A DNA stretch of 64,000 nucleotides from Candidatus Eiseniibacteriota bacterium. Lineage in GTDB: Bacteria > Eisenbacteria > RBG-16-71-46 > CAVPCR01. Both the position numbers and the translations under genes were made by a program. Under the pieces are notes generated by a model that saw nothing but the letters and a program-made list of their open reading frames with translations, did no database searches and was not told the DNA's origin. Location: NCBI GenBank assembly GCA_963702435.1, contig CAVPCR010000002.1, positions 352,001 through 416,000 on the forward strand. Direction: 5' to 3'. Shown piece by piece: positions 1-10,370 of this stretch; the stretch's first letter is position 1, and each line of letters opens with the position of its first letter.

Positions 1-1514
1 CTCTGCTGCACGTTGCGCGCGAAGCTCAGCTCCTCGTCGAGGAGGGTCTTCGCCACCGAGGCGCGGTGGAGATGAGCGTTCTTGATCGCCACCCCGATCT
101 GGTCGCCGAGCATGGCGAGAAGCGCGCGGTCCTCGGCGTTGAACCCCCCGCCGGTCACCTTGCGCCCGAGGAGGAGGAGGCCGAGCAGTTCGCCGCCGTG
201 GCGGAGCGGCACGAGCATGAAGCGCACGGGCGGGACGAGCCCGGTGCCGGCGAGGAGCTCGTCCACGTCGACCAGGTCCGATGTGCCGGCGCTCGTCACG
301 CGTTCCTCAAGAGCGCGCAGGAGGATCGGATCGGCCTCCTGGCGGCCGAAACCGGCCACGTGCACGAGCGGCGAGCCGGGAGTGGAACGGACGAGCAGGC
401 ATCCGCAGTCCACCATCATGCTCCCGGCCAGCATGTCGCCCACCTTCCGCCCGAGATCGCCGAGGTCGAGCACGGTCGAGACGTCGCGGGCCAGCCCGCG
501 CAGCACGTTGCGATAGTCGGCGCGGTCGCCCAGCATCACCTGCTCGAGCACATCCTCGAGACGGGCGACCAGCGGCTGGAAGAGGAGGAGGGCGACGACC
601 AGGACCGCGGTCTGGATGTAGTCGGCTTCGATGCCGATGAAGCCGGCGATGGCGACGTTCAGGCGGCGGACGAGGACGATGTAGAGCGCGAGGGCAGCCG
701 CGGTCGCTGCGCCGTAGAGGATCGAGCGGCGCGCGAGCATCTGCACGTCGAGGAAACGATGGCGCACGATCGCGTAGGCGATCGCGAGGCTGCCGAGGGT
801 GAGGCCGGACACGATGAGGGTTGCGCGCACGACCGGGCTCAGGCGGAAACCGGTGAGCACCGGGACGAGGGTCGCGATCGAGTAGAGGGCGAGGCAGCCG
901 CCGAGCCCCGCGAGCACGATCCGCACCTGCACGCGGAGCCGCGGATTCGGCGTCCGGCGATAGGCGGAGGCGAGGAGCCAGGTGGCCGCGAGCATCGACG
1001 CCAGGTTGACGAGCGGGAAGAGCGCGGCATTCAGCCGGTAGAGGAGGAAGAGGGCGAGGCTGCCGAAATCGAGGATCGGCTCGAGGCTCGGGTAGCGTTC
1101 GGCGAGCGCCACGAAGCGGAAACGCCCGGCGTTGTCGCTCCCGGCGAGGAGCAGCGCGAAGTGGAACAGATAGGGCAGGAAGAGCACCCAGACGAGCCAC
1201 GGGGCGCGGCGCACGACCCGCCGCTCGCTCGGGAAACAGAGCGTGAAGAGGAGGAAGGTCGGGAAGAAGAACTCCCAGAGGAAGGCGAAGTTGCGCACGA
1301 GCCCGCCCTGGGCGCGGAGGATCTTCGCCTCGCGGAGCGCGGCGATGAAGTCGAAGGCGCCGAGGAGAGCGCCGGCGCCGCCACAGAACAGCATGCCGGC
1401 GGTGATCCAGTTGAGCCGCTGCCGCGGGCCCTCGCGCACGATCACGAGGCCGAGCAGGAACGCGACGGCCGCCACGGCGAAGGTGATCGTGACCAGGATG
1501 TAACCGGTATCCAT
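1..1514 (-). CDS. Membrane-bound GAF-domain protein, probably a SpoIIE/RsbU-type PP2C phosphatase (3' part outside the window)
   Basis: Not in the ORF track; translated by hand from ATG 1514 (MDTGYILVTITFAVAAVAFLLG...). Many hydrophobic segments, then a GAF-like region (LVPLRHGGELLGLLLLGRK...FNAEDRALLAMLGDQIGVAIKNAHL), then EELSFARNVQQ, the coiled-coil that typically precedes RsbU-type phosphatase domains. Confidence 0.75.
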   Translation of the reverse strand, partial: MDTGYILVTITFAVAAVAFLLGLVIVREGPRQRLNWITAGMLFCGGAGALLGAFDFIAALREAKILRAQGGLVRNFAFLWEFFFPTFLLFTLCFPSERRVVRRAPWLVWVLFLPYLFHFALLLAGSDNAGRFRFVALAERYPSLEPILDFGSLALFLLYRLNAALFPLVNLASMLAATWLLASAYRRTPNPRLRVQVRIVLAGLGGCLALYSIATLVPVLTGFRLSPVVRATLIVSGLTLGSLAIAYAIVRHRFLDVQMLARRSILYGAATAAALALYIVLVRRLNVAIAGFIGIEADYIQTAVLVVALLLFQPLVARLEDVLEQVMLGDRADYRNVLRGLARDVSTVLDLGDLGRKVGDMLAGSMMVDCGCLLVRSTPGSPLVHVAGFGRQEADPILLRALEERVTSAGTSDLVDVDELLAGTGLVPPVRFMLVPLRHGGELLGLLLLGRKVTGGGFNAEDRALLAMLGDQIGVAIKNAHLHRASVAKTLLDEELSFARNVQQ

Positions 1515-1756
1515 CGGGTGTCCTGCGACCGGCGAGACTTCCGCCCGCGCGTCGCGAACCGTCCCCCCTACCCCGCCGGCGGGGCGTTCAGGAACCGTGA
1601 TCCGTCGTGGTCGTCTCGCTCCGTGGACAGGCCCCGGCAGCCCGCTGAGAATCACCGGGCTGCCCGTGTCACCAGATCGGAGGCGGCTGAAGAACCGCCT
1701 GTCTCCTCGCGGGCGGCGCTGCGCACCGCCCGCGAGGAGGGTCCTTCGACAGCCGC

Positions 1757-2686
1757 CTAGAGAGCGATCAGAGACTCCCGCGGCACCCAGCCATTCATGG
1801 TCTCGGTGAGCTGGATCTCGGTCCAGTCCCCAGCCTCGCGCAGGACCTCGATGCCGGTCCCCTCGTGCAGCGTGAAACGCGCCGTGAAGGTATCCCCCGG
1901 CCCCGAGCGCACGGCCACCTCCGGGATCACGATGAACGCGCGCCGGCCGGCCTCCGCCTCGTGCACCTTGATGCCCGCGAGCCCTCCGGCCCCGAGGAGC
2001 CCGAGGAGCCCGACCACGAGGAACACCTGCGCGAGCCGGCGGAGACCCGGCCGCACCCGCGCGAGGGCGAGCGCCGCCGCCGTCACCCACCAGGCGATCG
2101 CGGCCGCCAGGAGCGCCTCCGCGGCGGAGATCGAATCCTTGAGGCGGACGAGACCACCCAGGAAAGCCGACCCGCCGGCCTCGGGGAGGACATCCACCGT
2201 GAGGCGCCGCGCGTAGGTCAGGTTCACCCGGATGTCCTCGGCCCGCGGGGCGAGGGCCCGAGCCCGCTCATAGTAGACGATTGCCTCCCCGAGCTGGCCC
2301 GCCTTGAGCAGCGCATTGCCCAGGTTGAAGTAGAGGGACGGCGAGACATACCCGGCCGCCGCCATGGCCCCGTAGGTGGCTGCCGCCTCGGCGAACCGGC
2401 CTCCCTCATAGAGACGATTGGCGGTCGCAAAGTGTTCGCGGGGATCCCCGGCTAGGCTCGCCGGGCCGGGGACCGTGGCCCCCGGCCCCGATGGCGCCTG
2501 CGCGGCCGCGTCCGGGCCGGCACCCGGGCCGATCACCAGGAGGGAGGCTGCGAGGGCAGCGAGGACGAGGGCGAGGACGGCGGAAGGGCCCCGTCCCGGG
2601 GCCGGCCGGATCTCCCGGCCCCGCCTGCGCGCGGCTGTTCCTCGGCGCACCCTGCCCATCGCCCCGATCCTCCGGCTCTCCGCCAT
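1757..2686 (-). CDS. batE: BatE-like TPR + TM + C-terminal SH3b protein
   Basis: TPR (LYFNLGNALLKAGQLGEAIVYYERA), two TM segments, SH3b-like end (VRSGPG...LHEG...GWVP); last gene of the bat operon. Start uncertain. Confidence 0.8.
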   Translation of the reverse strand: MAESRRIGAMGRVRRGTAARRRGREIRPAPGRGPSAVLALVLAALAASLLVIGPGAGPDAAAQAPSGPGATVPGPASLAGDPREHFATANRLYEGGRFAEAAATYGAMAAAGYVSPSLYFNLGNALLKAGQLGEAIVYYERARALAPRAEDIRVNLTYARRLTVDVLPEAGGSAFLGGLVRLKDSISAAEALLAAAIAWWVTAAALALARVRPGLRRLAQVFLVVGLLGLLGAGGLAGIKVHEAEAGRRAFIVIPEVAVRSGPGDTFTARFTLHEGTGIEVLREAGDWTEIQLTETMNGWVPRESLIAL

Positions 2687-2697
2687 GCCCCCTCCCC

Positions 2698-4530
2698 TCA
2701 CAACCCGGCCCGGGCCAGGGCGGTGAGGATCTCCTCCGCCTCGGCCAGGAGCTCCTGCTCGGCGGCTCCGGCGGCCGGCGCGAAGCGCCCGAAGTCACAG
2801 CGCTCGAGGCAGCGGACGACGCGCGCCCCGAGCGCGGCATCGATCCCGCGCTCGGTGAAGATCGCCTGCACCTGATCCACGGTGAGCCCGGGCGCGGGCC
2901 GGTTCGCGCGGTCGGCCACGTAGCCGATGAGCGCCTGCGCGACGGCGGAGTGGAAGGCACGGCCATCCCCCCGCTCGAGCGATCCGCGGGCATGCCGGAG
3001 CCGGCGGCGAGCGTCCTTCCCCGAGCGGCGCAGCCGCGCGTAGCCCTGGTCGGTGGTCACCCGTTCCTCGTGACGCACATAGAGGAAGATGCCGGCGAGG
3101 GCTGCGAGCGGCAGTATCTGCAGTAACCAGAAAGTTGCGCTCGCCCACATGTTCTTGCGATGGAGAACGAGCCCCGGATCGCCGAGGCGGATGAAGCGCA
3201 GGTCCGCTCCGCCCTGCGGGGCGACGACGGCCCGCGCCGGGGCCGGCACGCCCCCCGCCCCCGCCTCGGCCACGGCGAGCGGGATCGGCTCGGTCGCGAT
3301 CACCTCGAACGCGCCCCGATCAGGGCGGAAGACCGGATAGGTGACCGCCGGGATCACGAAGCTGCCCGAGCTCTCCGGCACGAAGACCCGTGTGAGCTTC
3401 TTCGCGCCCCCCACCGTTCCACCCGCGCTCCGGTCCTCGACCTCGCTCCCCGAATCGAAGCTCCGCATGCCCGGGATGGTCGGCAACACCGGATCGGCGA
3501 GGGCGCGGATGTTGCCCTGTCCGGTGAGGGTCACGGTGAGAGTGGCCGCCTCGCCGACCCGCACGATCTCCGGGTCGAGCCGGGCTGCGATCGTGAAGCG
3601 ACCGACCGCGCCCGAGAAACCCGGCGGCCGCCCGGCCGGGAGCGGGCGCACCTGGATCGTGAGCGGGCGGGACTCGACCGAGCGCGGCTCGCCCATGCCG
3701 AGACCGCCCCGGAAGAGGCTGAACGGATCGACGCCGAACGGATCGGTCTCGATCATGCAGTCCACGGTGGCCGGCCCGATCACGAGCTCCCCGGCGGCGG
3801 TCGGGAAGAGGGCGGTGCGAAGCTCAGTCACGTGGTAGCGCCGCCCTTCGACCTCGTTGTAGTAGGTGCGTTCGCCCGGCAGGTTCTCGACCCAGAAGCC
3901 GGTGGCGGCCGGCGGTTTGTAGTCAGGGCGCTGGAGCAGCCGCACGCCCTGGTAGAAGCGGACCGTGAGCGTCACCTGCTCGCCGACGAACGGAGTCGCC
4001 GGGTCGGCGTCGGCGGTGACGAAGATGGCCCGCGCGTCGCGCCCCCGCGGGCGGCGCCCGCGCGGATCCGCGGCCCCCGGCGGCGGATCCGGAGTCGCTC
4101 CGGGCGGCGGCGCCGGCGCCTCGGCGACGACGGCGATGCGGAGCGAGGTCGACGTCACGCGCGTCCCGTCCGCAGTGACACCGATCGGCGGGATCTCGAA
4201 CGATCCCTCTCGCTTCGGCGCGAGGATGTAGGTGTAGACCGTCGCGCTCGACATCCTCCCGTTCACGAAGGAGAAGTTGCGGGAAGTGCCGGCCGGATAG
4301 ACGGCGAAATCGGGGAGGTCGGGCATCTCCGGGCGCGCCGCATCCCCGTCCCCGCTCACGGTCACCGTGAGCGTCACGCGCTCGCCGACCGCCGCCTGAT
4401 TGCGATCGAGATGGGCTTCCACCTGGATCGCGGCGCCGGCCGCAGCCGCCGTGCCGAGAACTCCGAGCACGAGAACGATGACGAGCCCCGCGTCCCGGAC
4501 CAGGTGCCCCCCATTCCGCTGCCGGTACAC
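2698..4530 (-). CDS. batD: BatD family protein
   Basis: Signal peptide, repeated Ig-like BatD modules (VGERVTLTVTV, FVGEQVTLTVRFY, GAVGRF), C-terminal TM. GTG at 4530 lies directly after the upstream stop codon. Confidence 0.85.
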   Translation of the reverse strand: MYRQRNGGHLVRDAGLVIVLVLGVLGTAAAAGAAIQVEAHLDRNQAAVGERVTLTVTVSGDGDAARPEMPDLPDFAVYPAGTSRNFSFVNGRMSSATVYTYILAPKREGSFEIPPIGVTADGTRVTSTSLRIAVVAEAPAPPPGATPDPPPGAADPRGRRPRGRDARAIFVTADADPATPFVGEQVTLTVRFYQGVRLLQRPDYKPPAATGFWVENLPGERTYYNEVEGRRYHVTELRTALFPTAAGELVIGPATVDCMIETDPFGVDPFSLFRGGLGMGEPRSVESRPLTIQVRPLPAGRPPGFSGAVGRFTIAARLDPEIVRVGEAATLTVTLTGQGNIRALADPVLPTIPGMRSFDSGSEVEDRSAGGTVGGAKKLTRVFVPESSGSFVIPAVTYPVFRPDRGAFEVIATEPIPLAVAEAGAGGVPAPARAVVAPQGGADLRFIRLGDPGLVLHRKNMWASATFWLLQILPLAALAGIFLYVRHEERVTTDQGYARLRRSGKDARRRLRHARGSLERGDGRAFHSAVAQALIGYVADRANRPAPGLTVDQVQAIFTERGIDAALGARVVRCLERCDFGRFAPAAGAAEQELLAEAEEILTALARAGL

Positions 4531-4531
4531 G

Positions 4532-6301
4532 CTACCAGTCCTTCTCGACATCGACCCGCCGTCCTCGCGCCCGGAAGCGCTCCCGGAGCAGTTGCTGCTC
4601 ATCGTTGCCCAGCGCCTCGAGCAGACGAGCGGCCTCCGCCGCGGTCATCTGCTCCTCTCCCGCCGATTCCGGCGCCTGCTCGGGCTCCGGCGCGCTCTCG
4701 CCCTGCTGCGGCTCTTCCCGGTTCTGCTGTTCCTGCTCCTGACTCTGGTTCTGATCCTGCCGGTCCTCTTGTTGATCCTGGTCCTGCTGATCCTGGTTCC
4801 GCTCGTCCTGCTGCTGATCCTGGCTCCGCTCGTCCTGCTGCTGATCCTGCTGCTCCTGCTGCTTCTCCTCTTCCTCCTGCTTCCGGAGCGCGAGCTCGAG
4901 ATTCCAGCGTGCATCCTCGTCCGCCGGGTTCCGACGGAGGACGCGCTTGTACGCGTCCGCCGCCTCGCCGTAGCGACCCTGGCGGAAGAGCGAGCTGCCG
5001 AGATTGTAGCTGAGCGCCTCCGTCAGGGCCGAGTCGGCCCGGCCTGCCGCCGCGCCGTAGGCGGCGTCCGCATCGGAAAACTGCTGCCCGGTGTAGAGCG
5101 CGTTCCCCAGGTTGTACTGGATGACGGGATTCTCCGGTTCCTCCTCCAGCGCCTCCAGGTAACGCTCCGCCGCAGCCTTGGCATCGCCGCCGGCGAGCGC
5201 CCGATTCCCGTCGTGCACGAGATCCGCGGCGGCGCCGGCCCGGGCCGGTGCCGGCGCGAGAACCACGAGCAGGGCCAGAGCGACCGGCGCGGCCGCCCCG
5301 GCACGCGCCCGCCGCTCGCCGAGGAGCCGCGCGGCGGCCAGGAGCACGAAGGCGGCCACCGCGAACCAGTGGAAGCGATCCTCGTAATGAGCGCTGAATC
5401 CGCCCTCGATCGCGCGTTTCTCCATGCGATCGATCTCCGCGTACAGCTCGTCGAGCTCGGTCATGGCCGGTGTCGCCCGGAAGTAGCGGCCCCCCCCGAT
5501 CTCGGCCACCTGGCGGAGCGTAGCCTCGTCGAGCCGGGAGAGAACGACCTCGCCGCTCCGATCCTTCTTGTAACCGACGGTCTGCCCGGCCGAGTTCCGG
5601 AGCGGGATCGGCTCGCCCCGCTCGGCGCCGAGCCCCACCGTGAAGATGCGCACGCCCTTTTCCGCGGCACGCCGGGCGGCGGCCAGCGGGTCGCCGACGG
5701 TCTCCTCGCCGTCGGTGATGAGCACGAGCGCCTTGAAGCGCTTCTCCTCGGAGGCGAAGGCCTGATGCGCGCGATCGATCGCCGTCTCCAGCGCCGTTCC
5801 GGGATCGGGCACCGTCTCCGGCCCGATCGCATCGATCAGGAGACGCGCGGCCTTGGTATCGAGCGTGAGCGGGCACTGGATGAAGGCCGATCCCGCGAAG
5901 GCGACGATGCCGAGGCGATCGCCGCGCAATCGCTCCGAGAGCCCGACCACGGCCCGCTTCGCCACGGCGAGCCGGTTCGGCTTCAGGTCCTCCGCCAGCA
6001 TCGAGGCCGAGGTGTCGACGGCGACGACCAGATCGATCCCCTCGCGCTTGAGCACGGCCAGACGCTGGCCGAACTGCGGGCGGGCGAGCGCGAGGACGAG
6101 GGAGGCGAGGGCGAGGAGCCGGAGCGCGTCGCGAAGCCCGCGGCGCGCCGGGCCCAGCTCGCACGAGAGCTGCGCATAGAGCCCCGGCGCGGCGAAAGCG
6201 CGCACCCGCCGCGCGCGCACCCAGCGTGCGGCGAGGCGGATCACGGCGAGCGCGAGGACCGCCCAGAGCAGCGCCAGATATTCGGGAGCGGCGAAACGCA
6301 T
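4532..6301 (-). CDS. batB: BatB-BatC fusion: VWA domain + TPR + Gln-rich linker
   Basis: Starts MRFAAPEYL at an ATGA overlap with batA. MIDAS motif DTSASM, QCPLT, LITDGE, TPRs, Q/E/D-rich tract, ends in EKDW as BatC typically does. Confidence 0.85.
   Translation of the reverse strand: MRFAAPEYLALLWAVLALAVIRLAARWVRARRVRAFAAPGLYAQLSCELGPARRGLRDALRLLALASLVLALARPQFGQRLAVLKREGIDLVVAVDTSASMLAEDLKPNRLAVAKRAVVGLSERLRGDRLGIVAFAGSAFIQCPLTLDTKAARLLIDAIGPETVPDPGTALETAIDRAHQAFASEEKRFKALVLITDGEETVGDPLAAARRAAEKGVRIFTVGLGAERGEPIPLRNSAGQTVGYKKDRSGEVVLSRLDEATLRQVAEIGGGRYFRATPAMTELDELYAEIDRMEKRAIEGGFSAHYEDRFHWFAVAAFVLLAAARLLGERRARAGAAAPVALALLVVLAPAPARAGAAADLVHDGNRALAGGDAKAAAERYLEALEEEPENPVIQYNLGNALYTGQQFSDADAAYGAAAGRADSALTEALSYNLGSSLFRQGRYGEAADAYKRVLRRNPADEDARWNLELALRKQEEEEKQQEQQDQQQDERSQDQQQDERNQDQQDQDQQEDRQDQNQSQEQEQQNREEPQQGESAPEPEQAPESAGEEQMTAAEAARLLEALGNDEQQLLRERFRARGRRVDVEKDW
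4720..4880 (-). repeat. Low-complexity coding repeat (QDQQQDER units) in the BatC-like linker
   Basis: Two near-identical 27-bp units ctgctgatcctgg(t/c)tccgctcgtcctg in tandem around 4785-4840, within a Q/E/D-rich tract. Confidence 0.8.
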
Positions 6302-7287
6302 CACGGCACCTTGAGGAGCAGGGTCGATTCGAGGAGGAGGATGAGTCCGACGATGATGAACGCCGGGAGCAGGAGGAGCGGGCCGAGCTCGTCGTAGCGC
6401 ACGTACTCGCGGGTCTCGACCTTGGTCTTCTCGAGCTCGCTGATCCGATCGTAGATGGCCGCGAGCGTGCCCTGATCGCGGGCCCGGAAGAACTCGCCGC
6501 CGGTCGCGGCCGCGATCCGGCGGAGCACCTCCTCGTCGATCGTCGAGCGCATCATGACCGTGCGCCGCCCGAAGACCGGATCGTCCACCGGATACGGCGC
6601 CTCCCCCTCCACGCCGGCGCCCACGGTGTAGACACGGATGCCGAGCGCCTTGGCGAGACCGGCGGCGGTGATCGGATCGATGCGCCCGGCGTTGTTGACG
6701 CCGTCGGTCAGGAGTATCACCACCTTCGACTTCCCGGGCGACTCGCGCAGCCGGTTGGCGGCGTTCGCGATGCCCATGCCGATGGCGGTGCCGTCGGCGA
6801 TCATCCCGAAATCGACCTGGTCGATGAGATCGGAGAGGACGCCATAGTCGAGCGTGAGCGGGCACTGGGTGAAGCTGTCGGCGGAGAAGACGACGAGCCC
6901 GATGCGGTCGCCCTGGCGGCCGCCGATGAACTTCTTGGCCACTTCCTTGGCCGCGGTGAGCCGATTCGGCTTGAAATCCTCGGCCCGCATGCTGCCCGAC
7001 ACGTCGAGGGCGAGGACGATGTCGATGCCCTCGCTCACCACCTCGCGTTCCTTCACCCCCGTCTGCGGGCGCGCGAGGATGAGCACGGTGAGGATGAGCC
7101 CGACGAGCTCGAGCGGCATGAGCACGCGCTGGAGCCTCGTGCGGAAGCTCCCGCCCACCGCCCTGAACACCGCCGTCTCGGGCATGGAGAGCGCCGCCTC
7201 GACCTGGCGCCGCCGCTTCCGTTCGCGAAGAAGAATGAGCGGCACGAGGAGCAGAAGGAGGAGGAGCCACGGATGAGCGAGCCTCAT
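6301..7287 (-). CDS. batA: BatA VWA-domain protein
   Basis: N-terminal HPWLLLLL TM, LARPQ, DVSGSM MIDAS, QCPLTLD, GTAIG, LLTDGVNNAG. Confidence 0.92.
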   Translation of the reverse strand: MRLAHPWLLLLLLLVPLILLRERKRRRQVEAALSMPETAVFRAVGGSFRTRLQRVLMPLELVGLILTVLILARPQTGVKEREVVSEGIDIVLALDVSGSMRAEDFKPNRLTAAKEVAKKFIGGRQGDRIGLVVFSADSFTQCPLTLDYGVLSDLIDQVDFGMIADGTAIGMGIANAANRLRESPGKSKVVILLTDGVNNAGRIDPITAAGLAKALGIRVYTVGAGVEGEAPYPVDDPVFGRRTVMMRSTIDEEVLRRIAAATGGEFFRARDQGTLAAIYDRISELEKTKVETREYVRYDELGPLLLLPAFIIVGLILLLESTLLLKVP

Positions 7288-8309
7288 CGGGTCACCGCCT
7301 CCCTAGTGGGCGTGGCCGCGCCCTCGCCCGCTGCGAGCACGGGTCGCGCCGCGGTCGCGCGCACGAACTCTGCCGCGCGATCCACCTCGCCCGCGGCCAC
7401 CGCCGCCGGTGGCTCGTAGCGCGCGAACTTGACGAGGTCCGCCGCCATGAGCAGGCGCGCGAGCTCGGCCTCGAGCTCGGCCGCGGGGCGCGCCGCATCG
7501 GCGGGCCGGAGCCGCGCCGTGAAGGCGGCGAGGATCTCGGTCGTCGTCAGGTCGACCGCCGGGAAACCGAACCTCCGCTCGAGATACGAGCGAACGGTGG
7601 CGGTGAGGCGCGTGTAGTGCTCCTTCAAACGCCCGCGCTCGGCGAGCCCCGCCGCGCGCAACGCCTCGAGCTCGCCAAGTGCGATCACATCGGCGGGACG
7701 GAGGTCGGGCGCGGGAACGGCAGCGCCGGCACGGCGGCGCCGGCGCCGCCGGAACCAGATATAGAGAGCCGCCAGGAGCGCCGCGAGGAGGAGCGCGCCG
7801 AGCAGAAGGAGAAGGCGGCGGCGCCCCGCCCCCGGGAGCTCGATCTGGGCCTTGAGCGGGCGGATGTCGAGCGAATCCGAATCGGCGGCCGCGCTCGCGG
7901 CGAGCACGCTCTCGATGTCGAGGCGGAGGCTGTCGGCCACCGCGGTCACGACGCGGCCGTCGGGGAGGCGCACGAGCGCCGAGAGCGGCGGCAACGTGGC
8001 CGTGCCGAGCGTGAAGGCGGTCACGGTCAGCTCCTCGGCATGCGTGACCAGGCCGCCGGCCAGAGTGTCGGGCGCGAGCGCGGCGCGCGCGAGGAGCTCG
8101 AAGGGCCCGAGCGGCGCGTCCGGTCCCGGCAGGATCACCTCCGCCCCCAGGGGTGCCGTGACCTCGACCCGCAGGCGCACCGGTTCCCCGATCCGGAAGC
8201 GGGCCCGATCCGCCTCGACGCGAAGCGGCAGGTCCAGAGCGCGCGGCGCGGCCGCGAGCATGCCGGTCGCGGCGATGGCCATGAGCGCCGCGCGCCGCAT
8301 CGCCTTCAT
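7284..8309 (-). CDS. bat-operon membrane protein (signal peptide, Ig-like domain, TM, helical C-terminus)
   Basis: ATGA-coupled to the DUF58 gene. DIRPLK before the TM and YLERRFG...TTTEI...ADLVKFA are typical of the protein found between DUF58 and batA. Confidence 0.75.
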   Translation of the reverse strand: MKAMRRAALMAIAATGMLAAAPRALDLPLRVEADRARFRIGEPVRLRVEVTAPLGAEVILPGPDAPLGPFELLARAALAPDTLAGGLVTHAEELTVTAFTLGTATLPPLSALVRLPDGRVVTAVADSLRLDIESVLAASAAADSDSLDIRPLKAQIELPGAGRRRLLLLLGALLLAALLAALYIWFRRRRRRRAGAAVPAPDLRPADVIALGELEALRAAGLAERGRLKEHYTRLTATVRSYLERRFGFPAVDLTTTEILAAFTARLRPADAARPAAELEAELARLLMAADLVKFARYEPPAAVAAGEVDRAAEFVRATAARPVLAAGEGAATPTREAVTR

Positions 8310-9199
8310 CGCCCCTGCCTCGCGCGCGCCGCCCGCCGGCGGAAGAACTGGATCAGGGGACCGACGTAGGCCCCGTCGGCTGCGACCGGGATCTCGATCA
8401 GGTCGCTGCCGGTAGCCGTGAACAGGCGCCGCGCGCGCTCGGCGCGCGTCTCGGCCTCGCGCGCATAGGCCGCGCGCACCGCCTTCCGGCCGAGATCCAC
8501 CCACACGCGCTCGCCCGTCTCCAGGTGCTCGACGAGGCAGAGGCCGAGGGCCGGGAGCTCCCGCTCGCGCGGATCGACGAGCCGCATGCCGACCACATCG
8601 TGCCGCTTGGCGGCGGGGCGGAAGGACGGCGTGAAATCCGGCGCGATGAAGTCCGAGATGAGGAAGACGACCGCGCGATGCTTGAGCACGCGGCCGACAT
8701 GCTCGAGCGCCGCCCCGATATCGGTTCCGGAGCGGGCGGGAGTCGCGGCCAGCACCTCGCGGATGACCCGGAGCCCGTGCTGGCGGCCCTTGGCGGGCGG
8801 GATGAAGCGCTCGACCCGATCGGTGAAGGCGAGGAAGCCGACCCGATCGTGGTTCCGGATGGCGACGAAGGCGAGGAGTGCGCAGAGCTCCGCCGCCACC
8901 TCTCTCTTCAGCTGCGAGCGGGTGCCGAAGGCCTGCGAGCGGGAGAGATCGACCAGGAGCATCACGGTCAGGTCACGTTCCTCGACGTAGCGCTTGACGT
9001 AGGGCTCGCCGGTGCGCGCCGTGACGTTCCAGTCGATCGTGCGGATGTCGTCCCCCGGCTGGTACTGCCGCACCTCGTTGAACTCCATGCCGCGGCCCTT
9101 GAACACGGAGTGGTACTGGCCGGAGAAGACATCGTTCACCAGGTGGCGGGTCGAGATCTCGAGCCGCTTCACCTTGCGGAGTATCTCGCGCGGGATCAT
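8306..9199 (-). CDS. DUF58 family MoxR-associated VWA-like protein
   Basis: FKGRGMEFNEVRQYQPGDDIRTIDWNVTAR signature, FLISDF. Confidence 0.93.
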   Translation of the reverse strand: MIPREILRKVKRLEISTRHLVNDVFSGQYHSVFKGRGMEFNEVRQYQPGDDIRTIDWNVTARTGEPYVKRYVEERDLTVMLLVDLSRSQAFGTRSQLKREVAAELCALLAFVAIRNHDRVGFLAFTDRVERFIPPAKGRQHGLRVIREVLAATPARSGTDIGAALEHVGRVLKHRAVVFLISDFIAPDFTPSFRPAAKRHDVVGMRLVDPRERELPALGLCLVEHLETGERVWVDLGRKAVRAAYAREAETRAERARRLFTATGSDLIEIPVAADGAYVGPLIQFFRRRAARARQGR

Positions 9200-9269
9200 G
9201 AGTCCTGGTGGATCCTTGAATGCCCCGGCGCCGCGGGGGAGGCGCCGGCGGCTGCCCAGGAAACGATCG

Positions 9270-10256
9270 CTAGGGGACCTCGACCCGATCGAGCACCCGG
9301 CCGGCGATGTCCTCCGCCGTCACCTCCTCGGCCTCCGCTTCGTAGGTGACGATGATGCGATGGCGGAGCACGTCGAGCGCGATCGCCTTCACGTCCTCGG
9401 GAGTCACGTAGCCGCGCCCGCGCAGGAAGGCGTGCGCCTTGGCCGCCTGGGCCAGGTAGATGGTGGCGCGCGGCGAAGCGCCGTAGGCGATGAGCGGTCG
9501 GAGGTCGAGTCCGTACCGCTCCGGCTCGCGCGTCGCGAAGACGATGTCGATCACGTAGCCCTTGATCTTCTCATCCACATAGACCGAGGCCGCCGCCTCG
9601 CGCGCGCGGAGGATGTCCGCGGGCGTGACCACCGGCTGGGGTGCGGGGATCGGGGCGCCGGTCATGCGATCGAGAATCTCGCGCTCCTCCTCGGGCGACG
9701 GATAGGTCACCTTGATCTTGAGCATGAAACGGTCGACCTGCGCCTCGGGCAACGGATAGGTCCCCTCCTGCTCGATCGGGTTCTGGGTGGCGAGCACGAG
9801 AAAGGGATCGGCCAGCGGATAGGAGCGATCGCCGATCGTCACCTGGTGCTCCTGCATCGCTTCGAGGAGGGCCGACTGCACCTTGGCCGGCGCGCGGTTG
9901 ATCTCGTCGGCGAGGATCAAGTTCGCGAAGATGGGACCGAGCCGCGGCGCAAAGGTGCCCTCGCGCGGGTTGTAGATCATGGTGCCGGTGAGATCCGCCG
10001 GGAGCAGATCGGGCGTGAACTGGATGCGCGAGAACTTGGCCTGGATGAGCTGGGCGAGGGTGCGCACGGCGAGTGTCTTGGCGAGCCCGGGCACGCCCTC
10101 GAGGAGCACATGGCCGCCGGTCAGGAGACCGACGAGGAGCCGCTCGACCATGCCGCGCTGGCCGACGATGACCCGCCCGACACCGGCCATCAGATCGTGG
10201 ACGAAGACGCTCTCCGCCCGTACCCGTTCGTTCAGGGCCTGGATTCCGGCCTCCAT
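9270..10256 (-). CDS. moxR: MoxR family AAA+ ATPase
   Basis: Walker A GVPGLAKT, RIQFTPDLLPAD, Walker B LADEINRA, ATQNPIEQEGTYPLPEAQVDRF; GGAGG RBS before ATG 10256. Confidence 0.95.
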   Translation of the reverse strand: MEAGIQALNERVRAESVFVHDLMAGVGRVIVGQRGMVERLLVGLLTGGHVLLEGVPGLAKTLAVRTLAQLIQAKFSRIQFTPDLLPADLTGTMIYNPREGTFAPRLGPIFANLILADEINRAPAKVQSALLEAMQEHQVTIGDRSYPLADPFLVLATQNPIEQEGTYPLPEAQVDRFMLKIKVTYPSPEEEREILDRMTGAPIPAPQPVVTPADILRAREAAASVYVDEKIKGYVIDIVFATREPERYGLDLRPLIAYGASPRATIYLAQAAKAHAFLRGRGYVTPEDVKAIALDVLRHRIIVTYEAEAEEVTAEDIAGRVLDRVEVP

Positions 10257-10370
10257 CGTGCGCTTCTCCTCCCGATGCTCGGGCATCGGCCCGCGTGGCC
10301 CCCGCGCCCCGTCCGCGCCGGGGCAGAACCAAGCACCCCGGCACGACCCGGCGCCGGGGGGCGACGGCGG

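Noticed and set aside
66..1760. 564-aa plus-strand ORF, and similar long antisense ORFs (e.g. 21305..24247, 24382..26664, 36380..38074, 44127..46256, 61592..63646)
   Set aside because: Shadow frames opposite well-supported genes, expected in high-GC DNA; no recognisable motifs.
4720..4880. Repeats here and at 11858-11919 as a possible CRISPR array
   Set aside because: No unique spacers, units are directly tandem or coding, and no cas genes are present.
4532..7270. 912-aa version of batB and other N-terminally extended ORFs (moxR to 11096, ppiC from 9012, htrA to 30068, porin to 41637)
   Set aside because: The extensions overlap neighbouring genes and are Arg/Pro-rich nonsense; better starts with RBS or coupled stop/start exist.
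1757..10256. moxR-bat operon, including the BatB-BatC fusion, as a novel system
   Set aside because: A widespread, already described gene cluster in its usual order.
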